From assembly GCF_036321535.1 (NCBI RefSeq), contig NC_087447.1, positions 44,208,001 to 44,272,000 of the forward strand: 64,000 bases of DNA. The letters run 5' to 3'. Positions within the stretch are counted from its first letter, which is position 1. Each line of letters begins with the position of its first letter. The notes beneath the pieces are model-generated. The model did not search any database, was not told the origin of the DNA, and worked only from the letters and a program-made list of their open reading frames with translations. The translations under genes were made by a program, and so were the position numbers. This stretch comes from Camelus dromedarius. Taxonomy: Eukaryota. Positions 25,276 to 37,697 of the stretch are shown one piece after another.

Positions 25276-28200
25276 GTGCCAGTAGCCTTTTACATCTCCC
25301 TTCACTTCTGATTCTCATTGGATTGGTTCTTAGGACTGTTTCTGACCTGGACTCAGGAGAGGTTTTTTTAGGAAGGAAAAGGACAACTCAATAATTATTA
25401 TCTAAGCCAAGTAGAGAATTTTAATGAAAACCATATTCAGTTGGTTGATGATTCTTTCTGATGGGGAGGCTCTTAACTCCTGGTTAAGATGAAAAAAGTC
25501 TGACTAACAACCTCAAAATCCTAACTCCTCTGGAATAGCAATTGAAGTTGAGAGAGTAAGATGGTGTCCATGCTTTGATATAACGTTTCCTCCAGCCAAT
25601 TAGGGCTTCATCCAAAGACTCTCATGCATTTTTGAGCATTTCTTACAGTGCTTCTGAAATAGGTATTTTGTTTCTTACTGAAAGCAGTAACCATATCTGA
25701 CTTGCTCATTATTATTTGCTTAGTACCTGGCACAGTGCCTGCACATACGATCTTTACTTTTTCCACAAGGCATACTTAAAACACTCGCATTCTGCCTCCT
25801 CCTCCACCCATATAACGAGATTTTCCATTTTGATTGAGTAGGATGGCATGTTCATCTTGAAGTTTGCTCTAGGGAAGTGATTTCCAACAAAAGTGAGAAC
25901 AGAGGTGACTCAGTGGATGAAAAAGGATAACTGCTTATTGTTCCCCCTGAGAGCCCGTCTCACTGTCCAACATACAATATAAATCTCTGTTAGCCCCCGT
26001 GTGCACTTGGGATACAACCAAAGGTGGTGAGAGAGTAGAAATGGCTTCATGACTTCTCTCTGCCATTCTTCCTCTCCTCCTCTCTCTCTTCAGTCCTCCT
26101 TACTAGCATTTGGAGGAGGAGCAATTGTATTTCAGGCTCCAGTGACCAACGAACACATGCACAAGATCCAACTTGTATGTTTTTTCATTCATCCAGCAAA
26201 TATTTATTGATTTCCTAACATGAACCAGGCATTGTGGTTTTCAGTAGTAAGTTTTACAGACATTGTCCTCGGCCTTGTGGAACATACAGTTTAGAGGGGA
26301 AGACTAACATCAAAAAATCATATAAAAACGTGAATTCACAACTGTGATGAATATGTAACTAGAAGAAAGTGATACAGCTGCAAAAAGAGCGCCGCCACTT
26401 CCCATTGCCCAGGATGTAACTATGGCTATGAGGGACTTGGATTATAATTTAATAAAGTTGTGAGCAGCACACCTTTAGCCATGTCTTTGGATGGCTAAGA
26501 GAAAAGCCTTTAAAAGGTAAAATAATCTTCATGAGCTACTTTCTCAGTCCCATTCATCTCAACGGGATTCCCTGTAAAAGTGGGAGATGAAGAAAAAAAA
26601 CTATCATCACTGTATATAATGATGTGTGGTTAGAAGTCCACTGTGAAAAAAAAGATACTTTGAAACCGATGAATTAATTTTAAAATTATTTTGTATTTAT
26701 GTGTTTGACTATATGTTTCTGATACTTAATGCATATCCTTAGGAGATGAGTTTGAATTTGTGTGCTTGATTCAAATTACTTATCTGGACAAAAACAGATG
26801 TATCAGAACTCACACTGGTGGGTCGATGTTGAACTTGGAGAGGTCACCATACATTGAGTTGAGTTCTAGATTTGGGGTTTCAGTGGTCATGTGTTTAATG
26901 GTCATTTTTAATGTTCTGATTAGTCTTGGAGTTTTTTGTTGACTCAAACACTCAGATGACGGAAAGCACTTCTGAAGGGCAGGCTGTAATGGACTCTATT
27001 GGAGTTCCTCCTTAATCCTCTTGAGTCATTCTGCCCAGCTCCGTGCACCCTTTGTCAGCTTCTGCAAGCTTTACTTCTAATAGCTGGTGCCTGAGACCGT
27101 CAGAAGAATGCCTCTGGGCACTGGGGAACCTCTCCAGGAGACAGAACTGCCTGAGAGTTTTAATTCTTCTTCCCTACAAGTGGAAGTACAAAAATCCTAC
27201 TTTCTATGACCTGAAGCAGAACAAATTCTGAGATTTATTTATGCTCTGGTGATCCAGCAGGGAACTAGGGTGTCACCTGGAATTGTGTTTTGCTTAGCTG
27301 CTCCTCCATTCCCACTCTACTTTCCCATTCATTTTATGGTTTCTCCTTAATAACTTGCTTGCACTTGACTCCTTGGCTCCATGTCTAATTCTGGGATAAC
27401 TTGTCCTATGATGAAAGTATTTGGTCCCAAGGCAAGATCAGTTACTGCATGTTTGGGTGGATGTTCCTAAAAGGTGAAAGAGGATTTTTAAGAGGGATAT
27501 AAAGGAAAATACTCTAAGCCTGACTTCTCTGGGGAAAAAAACTCTTCTATACTTTTTTTTTGGGGGGGATCTTTTCCAGATTTTCAGAACACTTGTACTC
27601 TGTTATAGGAACTGGTCTTGCTCTAGATGCAACCCTTCTGCCTCCAGTAGTGTATCTCTCCATGTGCAAGCTACCATGTAGTCCTATCAATTCTTCCTAT
27701 AAAAAATACTTGGAAGTAATTTCTACTAATACCACTCTACTCCCAGTCACCATCATTTCTCAGCTAGATTACCCATTCATTTATTTATTTTTCATATACT
27801 ATAGAAAAATTAGAGGATGATTTCATTGTAATGTAACATTTTTGTTGGGCAAAGCAAATCAGAATAAATGGAGTAAAGTGATAACGTTCAACATTGAAGT
27901 AAATGTCCTGAGGCCTTGGCATCAGGAGCTCTCCTAGCTGCTTTTAAGAAAAATTTAAAAGTGTGCTTGTACCTTAGGCTCCATCTGCAGAAAGGGGCAC
28001 CCCTTAACTTTGTGCAGTGTGAGGCTCCTGAAGAGTGGTACTGACTCCCATAGCCATTTAAGGGCTGTCCCACTGGTTCAGAGCATCACATCCATATGCA
28101 CAGTCTCAGCACCCAATATCCTTCTTCTAAATAAACTGTTGTTGGCAATTTCATTCTACTGTTACCATGCATGTTGACTGTCTACCGTGGCAATCTCCAG

Positions 28201-28789
28201 CCTCACTGAGCTGTGTGCCTGGACAGTCTGTATTGTCTCTCTACGTACCAACTATTGTTTCAGCTAATGTTCTGCCTTCAAAGTTGCATATATTTTGAGT
28301 GGTCTTCCCTAACCCTACTTCCCCACAGTATTTTTAGTGTGAATTTTGCAAAACGTGAGGTTTTCAGGAATGCCTGTGTTCTATTAAGACAGAAACACTT
28401 GCGCCAGTCTCATTTTCAGAGTTACAGGTACATTGGGGAAAGGCAAACATGTAAAAATAAGTACAATATAGTATATACAGAATTTAACTTATCTGTTGAA
28501 AAACTTGGAATAGATGCATGTAGGAGAGAGTAATTTATACTGCCTGAGGGATTGGAGTGGGACTATGAAAGATGAGATGGATTTGGTTGAGATGAAGGTC
28601 AAAAGAACATTTTAAGCAGAGAAAATAGGATCCCAAGAAACCACCAAATGTTAATCATCTGAACTATGAACTCAGAAGTCTAATGCACGCCTTTTCTTTG
28701 ATTTACTAACCCATTTTTTCCATAATCTTCAAATTTTATTTCACTCAAATAAAATTTAACTATGATTTTTAACCTATTATGTAAGCAAA

Positions 28790-29110
28790 ATTCCAAATGA
28801 TTGATGACAAATATTACTGATGTGGTTGTGGGGAAACAAAAAACCCTCATAAATTGCTAGTAGAAGTGTAAAATGGTGCAAGCAGTTTGGAGGAAAATTT
28901 GCCAATAGAACAACATTATATATTTATTTACCTTTTGCCCAGTGAATCTAATTTCTAGATTTCCACATGTCAGATAAACTGGCAAAAATATAAAAAGACA
29001 TTTGCATAAAACTATTCTTTGTAATTGTAAAACACTTGTTAAATAAACTATGGCATACCTTCAAAATAAGTACTATAAAGTTATAAAAGGAATGAGGAAT
29101 CCTTCTGTGG
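28790..29110 (+). mobile_element. Old L1 (L1ME-like) fragment
   Basis: ttgctagtagaagtgtaaaatggtgcaagcagtttggagg...ttaaataaactatggcata. Confidence 0.55.
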
Positions 29111-29312
29111 TTAAAGAAGAGCTATGTTGGAGTTAGCCTGGTCCATTTTAATCTTTGATGAAAGTAGCATCATGACTGAAATTTATAATATTACTTCAGC
29201 AAGGTATAAGAACCTGAATATAGGCTAAATACAGAGCCTGGGGAAGCTCAGGTCATTCTTCCTGGGAAAAACAGCATGAGGGATAAAATGATTGTTGGGG
29301 TTATAAAGGGAG

Positions 29313-30140
29313 TTTTTTTTTTTTTTTTTTTCCTCAGGTCCTTTCTCTCTCTTCTCTTTCTGGGACCCACTATAATACAAATATTAGTGTGCTTCATGTT
29401 GTCCCAGAGTTCTCAAACTATTCTCATTTCTTTTCATTTTTTTTCTTTTTTCTGTTCTGTGGTAGTGATTTCCACTACTCTGTCTTCTAGCTCATTGATC
29501 CTTTCTTCTGCCTTTTTTAGTCTACTCTTGGTTCCTTCTAGTGTATTATTCATTTCAGTTATTGTGCTTTTTAACTCTATTTGGTTGTTCTTTATACTTT
29601 CTATCTCTTTGCTAAAAACTTCCAACTTCTTACTCTGTGCATCCATTCCCCTCCCAAGTTCTCTGATAATCTTCACAAGCATTGCCCTGAACTCTCTTAC
29701 ATGGATTGCATCTCTTCTCATCACTTAGTTCTTCTTTTGGCATTTTATCTTTTCCCTTTGCCTGGAACATATTCCTTTGCCATCTTACTTTGTCTAAATT
29801 TCTACTTGTATTTTTATGTGTGTGATAGGATAGTTACATTTCTTAGCCTTGGAGAAGTGCACCTCTGTAGGTAGCATCCTATGGGTCCCAGCAGTACACT
29901 TTACTCTCATCAGCCAAGGGCTAGGGGCCAGCTAGTCCCAGGGTAGAGTCTGGTCTGAGTTTGTGGGCTCATTCCATAGGTGGTGGGAAAGACCTGCCCA
30001 CTGGTGGGTGGAGCTGGGTCCTGGCCTTATGCTGGGAAGGGTCATGTCTAAGGGCATATATAGAGGTGACTGTGGCCTCTGGAAGTCTTTTCGCAGCCTG
30101 TCTGCTGATGAGTGGGGCTGTGTTCTCACCCAGTTAGTAG
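29313..30140 (-). mobile_element. L1 5' UTR/ORF1 fragment ending in a ~20-nt poly(A)
   Basis: ORF 29434-29724 translates to an ORF1p-like coiled coil (ELKSTITEMNNTLEGTKSRLKKAEERINELEDR); T run at 29313-29332. Confidence 0.85.
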
Positions 30141-30210
30141 GTATGGGAATTATTGATCCACCTTCCTATATACTACATACCAGTGAGCTTAAAAGAACTA
30201 ACACTGCCTC

Positions 30211-31274
30211 TACAGCAAAGGAACCCATAAACAAAATGAAAAGACAACCTATGGAACAGGAGGAGATATTTACAAACAATGTGACCAACAAGGGATTACC
30301 TTCCAAAATATACAAACAGCTCAAAAAGCTCAATATCAACAAAACAAACAACCCAATCAAAAAATGCGCAGAAGATTTAAATAGACAATTCTCCAACAGG
30401 CACACAGAAAGATGCTCAACAGCACTACTTATTCAAGAAATGCAGATCAAAACTACAACGAGCAATGAGGTGTCACCTCACACCTCTCAGAATGGCCACC
30501 ATCAAAAAGTGTACAAATAATAATTGTTGGAGAGGGTGTGGAGAAAAGGGAACCCTCCTACACTGTTGGTGGGAATGTAAATTGGTGAAGCCACTATGGA
30601 GAAGAGTATGGCTCTTCCTTTAAAAACTAAAAATAGACTTATCGTATGATCCAACAATCCCACTTTGGGGCATATGTCCAGAGAAAACTCTAATTCAAAA
30701 ACAAACATGCACCCAAATGTTCATAGCAGCACTATTTACAATAGCCAAGACATGGAAGCAACCTAAATGCCCATCAACAGATGACTGGATAAAGAAGTTG
30801 TGGGATAAATATATATATATAGATAGATAGATATATTCCTCAGCCATAAAAAAGAAATGAAATAACATCATTTGCAGGAACATGGGTGGACCTAGAGATT
30901 ATCATACTAAGTCAAGTAGGTCAGACAGAGAAAGACAAATATATGACATCACTTATATGTGGAATCTTTAAAAAAATCATACAAATGAACTTATTCACAA
31001 AGCAGAAATAGTCTCACAAACACAGAAACAAACTGTGCTTACCAAAGGGGAAAAGGGTAAGGAGGAGGGATAAATTAGGAGTTTGGGATTAAAAGATGAA
31101 CACTACTATATATATAAAATAGATAACCAACAAGGTCCTACTGTATAGCACAGGGAACTATACTGAATATTTTATAATTACTTATAATGGAAAAGAATCT
31201 GAAAAATAATAGATTTATATATATGTATAACTGAATCATTTTACTGTACACTTGAAGTATTATAAGTCAACTAT
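30211..31274 (+). mobile_element. 5'-truncated L1 (ORF2 C-terminus + 3' UTR), tail missing
   Basis: [13 protein letters not shown]...[11 protein letters not shown] homology; flanking repeat actaacactgcctc (30197-30210) / actaacactgactc (31275-31288). Confidence 0.92.
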
Positions 31275-31758
31275 ACTAACACTGACTCATGAGGATGATA
31301 AGGCAGTGAGGAGTGAGGAGATAATGCATTGGAAGGACTCATAGGGTTTCCCATGTGATGAATGGAGTCATATTTGCCCAAAGTGAAAGGTGATTTTTGA
31401 TTGATTTTGCTCTATTTTATTATGTGTGTTCCCAAGTGTTAGGATTACAAACACTTTCATACTGTTTACAATGTGAACACCAGAATGTGAATATCTGGAA
31501 TTACTTGGCCACAGAACTGTTGAATTGCCAATAGGAAAAAAAAAAAAAAGTAAGTCTATAACAGGCAAGCAAAGAAGGTTTCCAAGTGGTAGTGATAGGT
31601 CTAAACTACATCTGTGCAGCTTTTTCTCCACTGAGTTTTGCTGTAGTTATTTCAGAAGTTGGGTTTTATCACAACGCAGCTGGGAAGAGAGGCAGAGGAA
31701 TCCCAAATATGAACTAATTGTTCCCCATTCAATAAGGTTTAGTCTTATTTCTTAATGT

Positions 31759-32712
31759 CTATGGGATGCAGTTTCTAAGGCTGAGGATTTTGCAGAAAGT
31801 CCGGCCAAGGGCATTCTTCACTTCATTATTTCTCAGGCTGTAGATGATGGGGTTCAACATGGGAGTCACAACAGTGTAGGATAGTGACAGCACCTTCTTG
31901 CTCTCAGGAGAATTATTGGACTTGGGACGGAAGTAGGTGAGGCTTAGAGATACATAGAAAAGGGAGACAACAAGGAGGTGGGAGGAGCAGGTAGAGAAGG
32001 CTTTGTGCTTCCCTTTAGCTGAAGGAATCTTGAGGATGGCAGCAGCGATGCGAGTGTAGGAACATAGGATCAGCAAGCAGGGTAGCATGACGACTAGAAT
32101 GGTCCCAATGATGGCATAGACCTCAAAGAGTGCTGTGTCTGCACAGACCAGCCGGAGCACAGGTGGGCTGTCACAGAAGAAGTGGTTCACCTCGTTGGTG
32201 CCACAGAATGGAAAGCTGAAGAGCCACGTGGTCTGCACAGTAGCTACAGGAACGCCTGGAAACCAGGAGGCAGCAGCCAGTTTGGCACACGTCCTTGTGC
32301 TCATGATGACTGGGTAGTGTAAGGGATTGCAGATGGCTACATAGCGGTCATACGCCATGGTGGCCAGAAGGAAGCATTCAGAAACCCCGAAGAAGAAGAA
32401 GAAATACATCTGAGTGGCACAGCCAAGAAAGGAGATGGTCGTGTCCTGGGCAATCAGGGTTGCCAGCATCTTAGGCACAGCAACTAAGTTGAAGCAAATC
32501 TCCAGGAAGGACAAGTTCCTGAGGAAGAAGTACATGGGGCTGTGCAGCATGGGGTCAGCCCAGGTGACCAGAAGGATGAGGCCATTTCCCATCAGGGTGA
32601 CCAGGTAGATGATTAAAAATACCAGGAAGAGTAATGACTGTATTTCAGTAGGTAAGGAAGAGAAACTCATCAGGGTAAACTCGCTAACTCTCGTCCAGTT
32701 GCCTCCAGCCAT
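31759..32712 (-). CDS. OR10A2: Olfactory receptor 10A2-like (OR10A2/OR10A5 subfamily), intact, 317 aa
   Basis: Full OR motif set; SFSSLPTEIQSLLFL and C-terminal LRNCIP typical of OR10A2/5; assigned to OR10A2 by position next to OR10A4 and by SLSLTYF / RNNEVK (recalled). Confidence 0.85.
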   Translation of the reverse strand: MAGGNWTRVSEFTLMSFSSLPTEIQSLLFLVFLIIYLVTLMGNGLILLVTWADPMLHSPMYFFLRNLSFLEICFNLVAVPKMLATLIAQDTTISFLGCATQMYFFFFFGVSECFLLATMAYDRYVAICNPLHYPVIMSTRTCAKLAAASWFPGVPVATVQTTWLFSFPFCGTNEVNHFFCDSPPVLRLVCADTALFEVYAIIGTILVVMLPCLLILCSYTRIAAAILKIPSAKGKHKAFSTCSSHLLVVSLFYVSLSLTYFRPKSNNSPESKKVLSLSYTVVTPMLNPIIYSLRNNEVKNALGRTFCKILSLRNCIP

Positions 32713-35700
32713 AGAAACAGGAGTGAAACCCCAGCTGTGGTCATGGAGAGATTCTCGATGGCAAGTGTAGGATTTTAGGTTTGTTATTCAGATATCTTCT
32801 TGTCAGTGTCAGTGAAAGAGACAAGATCTATAATCACTCAATTCATATCATCAGAAGTCAAATACAAAAAAAAGAAAAAAGTTCAAAGTCATTTGAGATC
32901 AAATATGATTGTTTAAAAAGGAGATTTTTTCTTCAAAAATTTTAAATATGGTATTTATTTTGGGGAAAAGTGAAAGGATATAAGCTTTCAAACGTTGTAG
33001 GCCCAAATGATAAGTGAATTTCACAGTATGTATCAGAGGCTCTTTGAACTAGCAATTCCATATCTACAGTTTTAGATTAAGATTACATGCAAATTTTATC
33101 TACCAGAATGGTCCCCTCAGTTTATTTACCATAGAGTAATTGAAACAATACACAATAAAGGACAATCTAAATATATAAAAATAGATTGGTGAAATCAATT
33201 GTGTTACGTCTACATTACGGAATGCTAGGAAGTAATTTAAAAGTATAAGATACCAAACAACATGAGAAAATACTCAGTAAGTTTTGCTAAATTGATAAAG
33301 TAGGCTAAAAAATAGTATGTTTAATGTAAGACATTTATTTTAATGAAAATGTATATGTGTAAATATATGTGTTACGTAATACATATAGAAAGCCTTCAGT
33401 GCTATTTCTTTGTTAATATGTTAGTGGTGCAATTCCAGGTGTTTTATATTTCTTCTCTGCATTTTATACTTTCCACATTATCCACAGTGAAAATGTATTA
33501 TTTTTTATTTGAAGAACAAATACTTGAATATTATTAAGAATAAAAAATTTGTAACACAAAACAATCCATAAACAGAAGGTAAAGGTAAATGACAAACGGG
33601 GGAAAATATTTGCAGTAACACCAACAAATGATGAAAAGTGTTTGTCTACCTGATATATAAGAGCCACAGAAATCAGTTTTAAAAAGACACAAACTCCTCA
33701 GAGGAAAAATAGAAGACACAAAGATTTATTTCACCAAGGAGTGCCAAGGGCCAGTAAGCATAGGACAGTTACTCTATTTTGCTAGTAATAAAATTAAAAA
33801 TGAACATAGAAATTGAATTTCTTCATCAAATTTGAAATACTGAAAAGTATAACATTCAGTGTGAGTAAGAAGTGGTGTTATAAATAATATCTTATTTTGT
33901 TTCAGGCTCTGTAAGTTTCTTCTAGAATAATTTGTTTGAAAATCAGTTTCACACAAATGGTGTGAGGATCCGGTAATATTAATACACTTTGATTCAAAAA
34001 CTTATCTGAAAGAAGAAATGGAGGCAATGATTTTACGTGTCTGTTCAGTGCCAACCATTATACTGATAACTTGAAAATGATCATTAATAGATTGATGAAT
34101 GAATGGTTCAATTATAATGCATGAATGTGAGGAAAATCGTGTAATCATTTAAATAATTTTGAAGAACGTTTAATGCTGTATGCAATAATTACAATATAAT
34201 ATGAAATGAAAAGATTAAACGCCAACACTGCTCACATAGGATAAATTTTTAATTTTGTTAATATATTCTTGTATTAAAAGGCTAATCACCAAAATTCAAA
34301 AGTGATCTATTTCACCAGTGGGGAATAAAAGGGGGGGTTATTTTCTTATTTTCATTTTCCTGGATTTCTAAATTTTCTGCAGTGAGCTACATTGGTTAGA
34401 TGATAGCAATGACAATGTTAAAAGTGAAAATGCTGCTGACCATAATGATGACGAAACTACAATATTTACTAAGTACATAACAGACTTAGACTTTGTGCTT
34501 TACATTCATTCTCATTTTCTTCTCACTACAACTCTGTGATTTAAATGCCACCCTTGTCCTCCCCGTATTAGAGAGAAAGAGAAATTTAAAGCAGATATAT
34601 AATCTCATAGTTAAAAAAGTTTGTAATTACTTGGAAATGACAACAGCCGACACTTAAAACCATAATCCGAAAAATGTATAATAAAAACAACATGGAGGTT
34701 TTTAACAAAGCATGTAAAATGAACACAACCTAAACATGTGTCATCTGTGGTCCCCACATCCACCTCTACTTCCCCTGCTTCAGGGTGCAGCTTCTTACCA
34801 TTTATGGAGCAAATCAGTTCCTTTTGTCTCCAGGCCTCTGCATGTGACAGCACTTCTGCCTCCACGCACGCCTCCCCCTCCACCTGGCTGACTTCTTCCT
34901 TCTGATCCTCAAAACTCAGCTCTGCCTGTTGTGCACTGCTTCCTGACAGGATTGGTCATCTTCTCTCTTTCCCCACATCCTTTACAGAGAGTTTAACGAT
35001 TCAGAATCATAATTACCTACTTACATCCCAGTCTGTAACCTCCTTCAGAACATGAACTGTCTTGGCATCTTTATAGGAGGAAGCCCAGGGTCCATCCAGA
35101 TAAGCTACTAATATGTGTTTTGGATTAACTGGGTGAACAAGTGAATTTGACAGAGTTCATTCTTCCTGGAGTTTTCATCTGTTTAGAGTTCTTACTTTTC
35201 TCAATGACTACTCTTCCTTTAGTCAGAACTTCACTTTTAGAGAAGCTCCCTCTCAGGACAAAATGTAGGGTTTGGTACTGGTGGAAAAGAATTGGGAAGG
35301 AGGGCGGAGGCGAGATAAAAGGGCCTGTTGGGTTTCTCAGAGAACCTCTGGAAGTACTGGGGAAGAAGAGATGGCAGCCTGACTTGAGGGTGGGAGACAC
35401 TGCAGAACACGGTGTCCAATGGCCGGCCCAGGCTCCCTGCCAGTCCCTCCAGAGCTCCTGTAGGAATACTCCTCTGCTGGTCATTTGACTGACTGTCCAG
35501 GAGCAGGACTACGCTCTTCTAGACCTTCTGTACCCACAGAATTGTCCTAAAGAAGTGGTTTACTCCGATGTTCTCTGCCTCATAAATATTCCTCTAGGCA
35601 AGTCTTCTCTGAGTTAATTAAAGGAAAGTTGAGACTTGGAGAAGGTGTATATCCTGTCAAAGCTGCAGGGACTGGATTTTTCTGACCCAGAAAGCTTTAG

Positions 35701-35874
35701 AGTCAGAATTGGCAAAAACAAAAACAAAAACAAACCGAAAAAAAAAAAACCTGGGTAATCTCAATCTTCTTGTAGTCTCAGATCTGACTTAATTTATGAC
35801 ATAGATAAGGGAAACTGAGGCTCTGGGAAGAGAGAAACCAATGAGATTTTCCCAGTGTGGACAGAAGAATAGAA

Positions 35875-36535
35875 TTAGGTGTCCCACCAAACCCTCCCAA
35901 ACCTTGTCCAGTTGAGCAATTGAACCTAGAGAGGGACCCCTGGTTGATGCGACCCTAGATTGGAACCTTACCCCGTGCCCAGGAGGGAGATGTGCCTTGT
36001 TCAGCTCTGCCTGGTGGCTGTGCTTCACGCACGCCCTGGAGTGTCTGAAGAACTCTGGCTCTGTTGTCAGCAGACCCAGAAGAGGAACCAGGGAGGTCTT
36101 ACTCCCTGCCCTGGATGAGCCATTAGTGGCTGGACCTGAAGCCAGGTCACTGCTGCCTCCTCTGTGTCAGGCGTGAGTGAGCACACTAGAGGGCTGGCCA
36201 AGCTCCCCGTCCTGACTGAGGAGATTTCTTCCCAGCTGTGCCTTTTGTCCTCAGGGCCAGGTGAAGGGCTGGCACCTCTATTTTCCCCCAGGTGTTTCTG
36301 GGCTCACCTTAGCTCTTCTTCCTTCCCTCCCTCAAGGCTATCTGACCTTTCCTGACTCCACTGTCCTTTGGGACCCTAAGGGATGTCAGAGGCCAATAGG
36401 ATGAAGTTCAAGAAAGGAAAACCATACTCTAGGAATGCTGTACTGTGTAGAGAAAAGCACAAAATTTTTGGATTCTGAGTGACCTAAATTTAATCCCAGC
36501 ACTGAATCACTCTGATTTGTGATTCTTAGCAATTT
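35875..36535 (-). promoter_or_regulatory. Near-identical non-coding block A (copy 1): candidate 5' exon(s)/promoter of the OR10A2-like gene
   Basis: 7 mismatches counted over 36001-36503 vs 54061-54563; minus-strand donors AAG|GTGAGC (36310-36302) and GTAAGG (35971-35966); CTAATG at 36121-36126; several CCCnnGAG-type O/E-like sites. Confidence 0.55.
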
Positions 36536-36741
36536 TAAGTTTATTTAAAAAATCAAAGTGAAGACCATTATATACATATCACACAACATAGACTGCATAT
36601 ATTTTATAAAAAGAAAATTTCAAATATATAAATAAAATTATTTATTAGGAAATTTCTCTAAGGATATATTAAACATTGATAATAGTTGCCCCTGCGCAAG
36701 GAAATGGGGTAACAGAGGTCAGTACTGAAAGGCAAATCTCC

Positions 36742-36925
36742 TTTTTTTTTTTAAAAATTGAAGTATAGTCAGTTGACAAGGTTGTGTCCATTTCTGGTGT
36801 ACCATATAATGTTTCAGTCATACATATACATATATGTATTCGTTTTCATATTCTTGTTCATTGTAGGTTACTACAAGATATTGAATATAGTTCCCTGCTA
36901 TAGAAAAGAAACTTGTGTTTATCCG
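36742..36925 (-). mobile_element. Short L1 3' tail insertion
   Basis: T run then aattgaagtatagtcagttgacaa; TSD-like aaatctccttt / aaatctacttt; absent from the paralogous site near 55550. Confidence 0.8.
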
Positions 36926-36984
36926 GGAAATCTACTTTTGATTGTATATAATTTTATACTGACTGAATTTTTACTTTACATTTA

Positions 36985-37460
36985 AAATTTTGAAATAGTT
37001 TTAGATGTAGAAGAGTCAAAGAATTCTTTTTACACTCCACGCATGTTTCCCTAATTATAACATCTCACGTGACCATGGTTCATCTGTCAGAACTAAGACA
37101 TTAACATTGGTACAATACTGCTAACTAAACTGCTGGTCTTATTTAAATTAGATCACTTCTCCCATAAATGTCTGGTTTCTGTACCAGGATTGATTTGAGA
37201 ACACTATGTTGCATTTAGTTATCATATACCCTCACACTTTTTCCAATCTGTGATGTTTTCTCGGTGTTCCCTTGTTTTTATGAGCTTGGCACTTCTGAAG
37301 AGTAACACTGGTCAGGGATTTTGCACAATGTCGCTCAGTTAAGGTTTGTCTGTTGTTTTTCACGATGAGACTGTTTTTGGACAGGTCGGGGCTCTGCCAC
37401 AGGGTGAGGCGCTCCTCTCACCGCAACACACCAGGGTGTGCGTGAGATGAACATGGCTCA
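36985..37460 (-). mobile_element. Old L1 (L1MC-like) 3' fragment
   Basis: aactaagacattaacattggtacaatactgctaactaaact motif (recall). Confidence 0.55.
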
Positions 37461-37576
37461 TCGCCATCCCCTTTTCACGGTCTGCTCCTAAGACGTTAAG
37501 GGACTGTGTCCAACCCACGTGCAAGGGAGGGGAGCTAATCACCACCTGCAGGAGGAAGGAGGCTGCCTGAACTTTT

Positions 37577-37697
37577 AATTTAATTTAATTTTTTGAGGGA
37601 GGAGGTATTAGGTTTATTCGCTTATTTACTTTTAGAGGAGGTACTGGGGATTAAACCGAGAACCTCCTGTATGCTAAGCATGGCTCTGTCTCCCCCG
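37577..37697 (-). mobile_element. Vic-1-like SINE with A-box region deleted
   Basis: ggaggtactggggattaaacc...atgctaagca; TSD ctgaactttt / ctgaattttt. Confidence 0.8.

Noticed and set aside
29276..30520. 150-aa and 185-aa plus-strand ORFs
   Set aside because: Antisense L1 ORF1 and a chance read-through into an L1 ORF2 remnant.
29313..31274. Opposed L1 pieces as one 5'-inverted (twin-primed) insertion
   Set aside because: The plus-strand piece has its own TSD, and the two pieces come from distant parts of L1 with unique sequence between them.
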